Assembly: GCA_012295275.1 (NCBI GenBank) | Contig: CM022665.1 | Coordinates: forward strand, 21,390,001 to 21,454,000 | DNA: 64,000 nt | Direction of reading: 5' to 3' | Origin: Chrysomallon squamiferum | Taxonomy: Eukaryota; Animalia; Mollusca | Shown: positions 62,394-64,000 of the stretch, piece by piece | Layout of the letters: the number at the start of each line of letters is the position of its first letter | Position numbering within the stretch: the stretch's first letter is position 1 | The notes under the pieces: generated by a model | Databases searched by the model: none | What the model was told of the DNA's origin: nothing | The model's input: the letters and a program-made list of their open reading frames with translations, nothing else | Program-made: the position numbers and the translations under genes

Positions 62394-63647
62394 AAAAGTT
62401 AAAAAAAAAAAAAAAAAAAAAATAAGGAAAACGATTGTGTTTCTTATTCACTCACGTTTTTTTTTCTTGTTTTCATTCAGGCTTTTGTTTTCTACCTCTC
62501 ATACTATAATTATTTCTAACAGTCTAAGATTTTCTCTTCCTCTGGATCTGCATCTCTATCTTACATAACATCTATTTATTAAGTAAATCAGTTATGTAGC
62601 AGAGTAAAAAAAAGAAGAAAAACCAAAGGAACAAGAAAAAAAAAGCAGCAAAAAAACACCCCCCAGTGTATGTTAATGTAGACTTCTGATTTCAAATAAG
62701 ATAAAAACGCTACCGTACAATTTACTAGCAAAATTAACAGATTATTATTATTATTATTATTATTATTACTGTCAGATAAAGATGCATCTTATGCAGTTCA
62801 ATCCCAGTTGAAATAAAAAAAAGTGTTGAAGATAACTGAAACACACACACAAAAAAAAAACACCCCCAAAAATTCAACAACAAAATAAAACCAAACAAAA
62901 AACTTTCATTGCATTTCAAAGCAGTCAAATTATATACGCTCCGAAAATAGATATCTTTATCAAGTATCTATTCAATAATGTGTCCTTTTTAAAAAAGGTG
63001 TTAATAAAGATTGACTTACAGAATTAAATATTATGTTTTTGAACTGTATATATTTATGTATAAACTTGTGAACATTCCTAATGAATAAGACTTGTCGTTT
63101 GTGAATAGATAATTCTGTTTATTTCTGTTAACGAAGAGTTGTCTTTCCCGATGGATTATTTTTCATGGATCGGGCCCTACCGCTTTACTTCGGATGACTA
63201 TTAAACAATAAATACGGGGGTTATTTGACAAACACAAGGAAGAATGTTAACATACAACAGGTAAAAACATCACATTTAAGTAATCGATTCAGCTTAATCG
63301 ACCGTTTTCTTGTTTTATGATTTCTTCCCCCAACATTCACTTAAAATCTTTTCCATTTCCTTGGTTTGCTTTCTTTTCTGATTTTCAGGTACGCCTTTAT
63401 AAGGAATTTCCCTAAAAAAATAAAAAATAATATTTGATCTCATTCTGCTTTCAAACATATAGTTAGCTAACGTAACATTTTAAGATTTGGAAATCGCCAT
63501 TTCTGAAAAAGTAGCGGCTGTTAGCCCTGGTACATTTAAGTCAAACATCTTTTTATTATTAAATAAAAATAGTTATTAGTAACAACAATTTATTTGTTAT
63601 TTGTTATTTTTCAAAATGGTCTGTTAAGAAAAAAGTACCTCTGAACA

Positions 63648-63654
<7 letters not shown>

Positions 63655-63694
<40 letters not shown>
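63655..63694. repeat. (TG)n microsatellite
   Basis: Directly visible. Confidence 0.95.
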
Positions 63695-63699
<5 letters not shown>

Positions 63700-64000
63700 G
63701 TGTACAACAAGTTATGTATCAAAGCAAATACAGTTCCGTTGCAAAAAGCTGTATGATTAGTCAGTGAGCGAAAATAGAAATTTATCTAGTCATCATATCT
63801 TACCACTATTTATAGTGATTACAGGATGAATATAGATATCGATATAATGTAAATTGACTTGTGACTGTTTTATTAAAGCCAGTTTCTGGTAACAAGAAAC
63901 AATACATAAGCTTTAATATAATTTCAGGCTATTGTTCTTAATGTCTTGGAAATACTGATTTGTCATGGATCCACCTACTAGTAGCATCAGCATCATCATC

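Overview
Very AT-rich, microsatellite-dense animal genomic DNA with spliceosomal GT-AG introns (probably a lophotrochozoan such as a mollusc; the taxon is inference). I reconstructed five intron-containing genes by hand, with consistent exon phases: a 5'-truncated MPP8/MPHOSPH8 orthologue (+, 385-10363), complete SF3A3 (-, 17853-28842, 17 exons, 502 aa), adrenodoxin FDX1 (-, 34107-37373, 4 exons), RSPH3 (+, from 38384, with two candidate alternative last exons) and PRDM13 (+, 55661-62346, 3 exons). The window also holds several MITE-like elements, minisatellites and microsatellites. Most notable: (i) tandem repeats seeded from exon/intron junctions, above all ~15 copies of the SF3A3 exon-13 3' splice site, at least seven with an early in-frame stop; (ii) a CpG-poor to CpG-rich switch at about 45.5 kb; (iii) a GC island with a PTF1-type E-box plus Su(H)/RBPJ composite site upstream of PRDM13; (iv) a perfect RFX X-box at the RSPH3/FDX1 divergent promoter. 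Gene names come from recalled family motifs, not from a database search.
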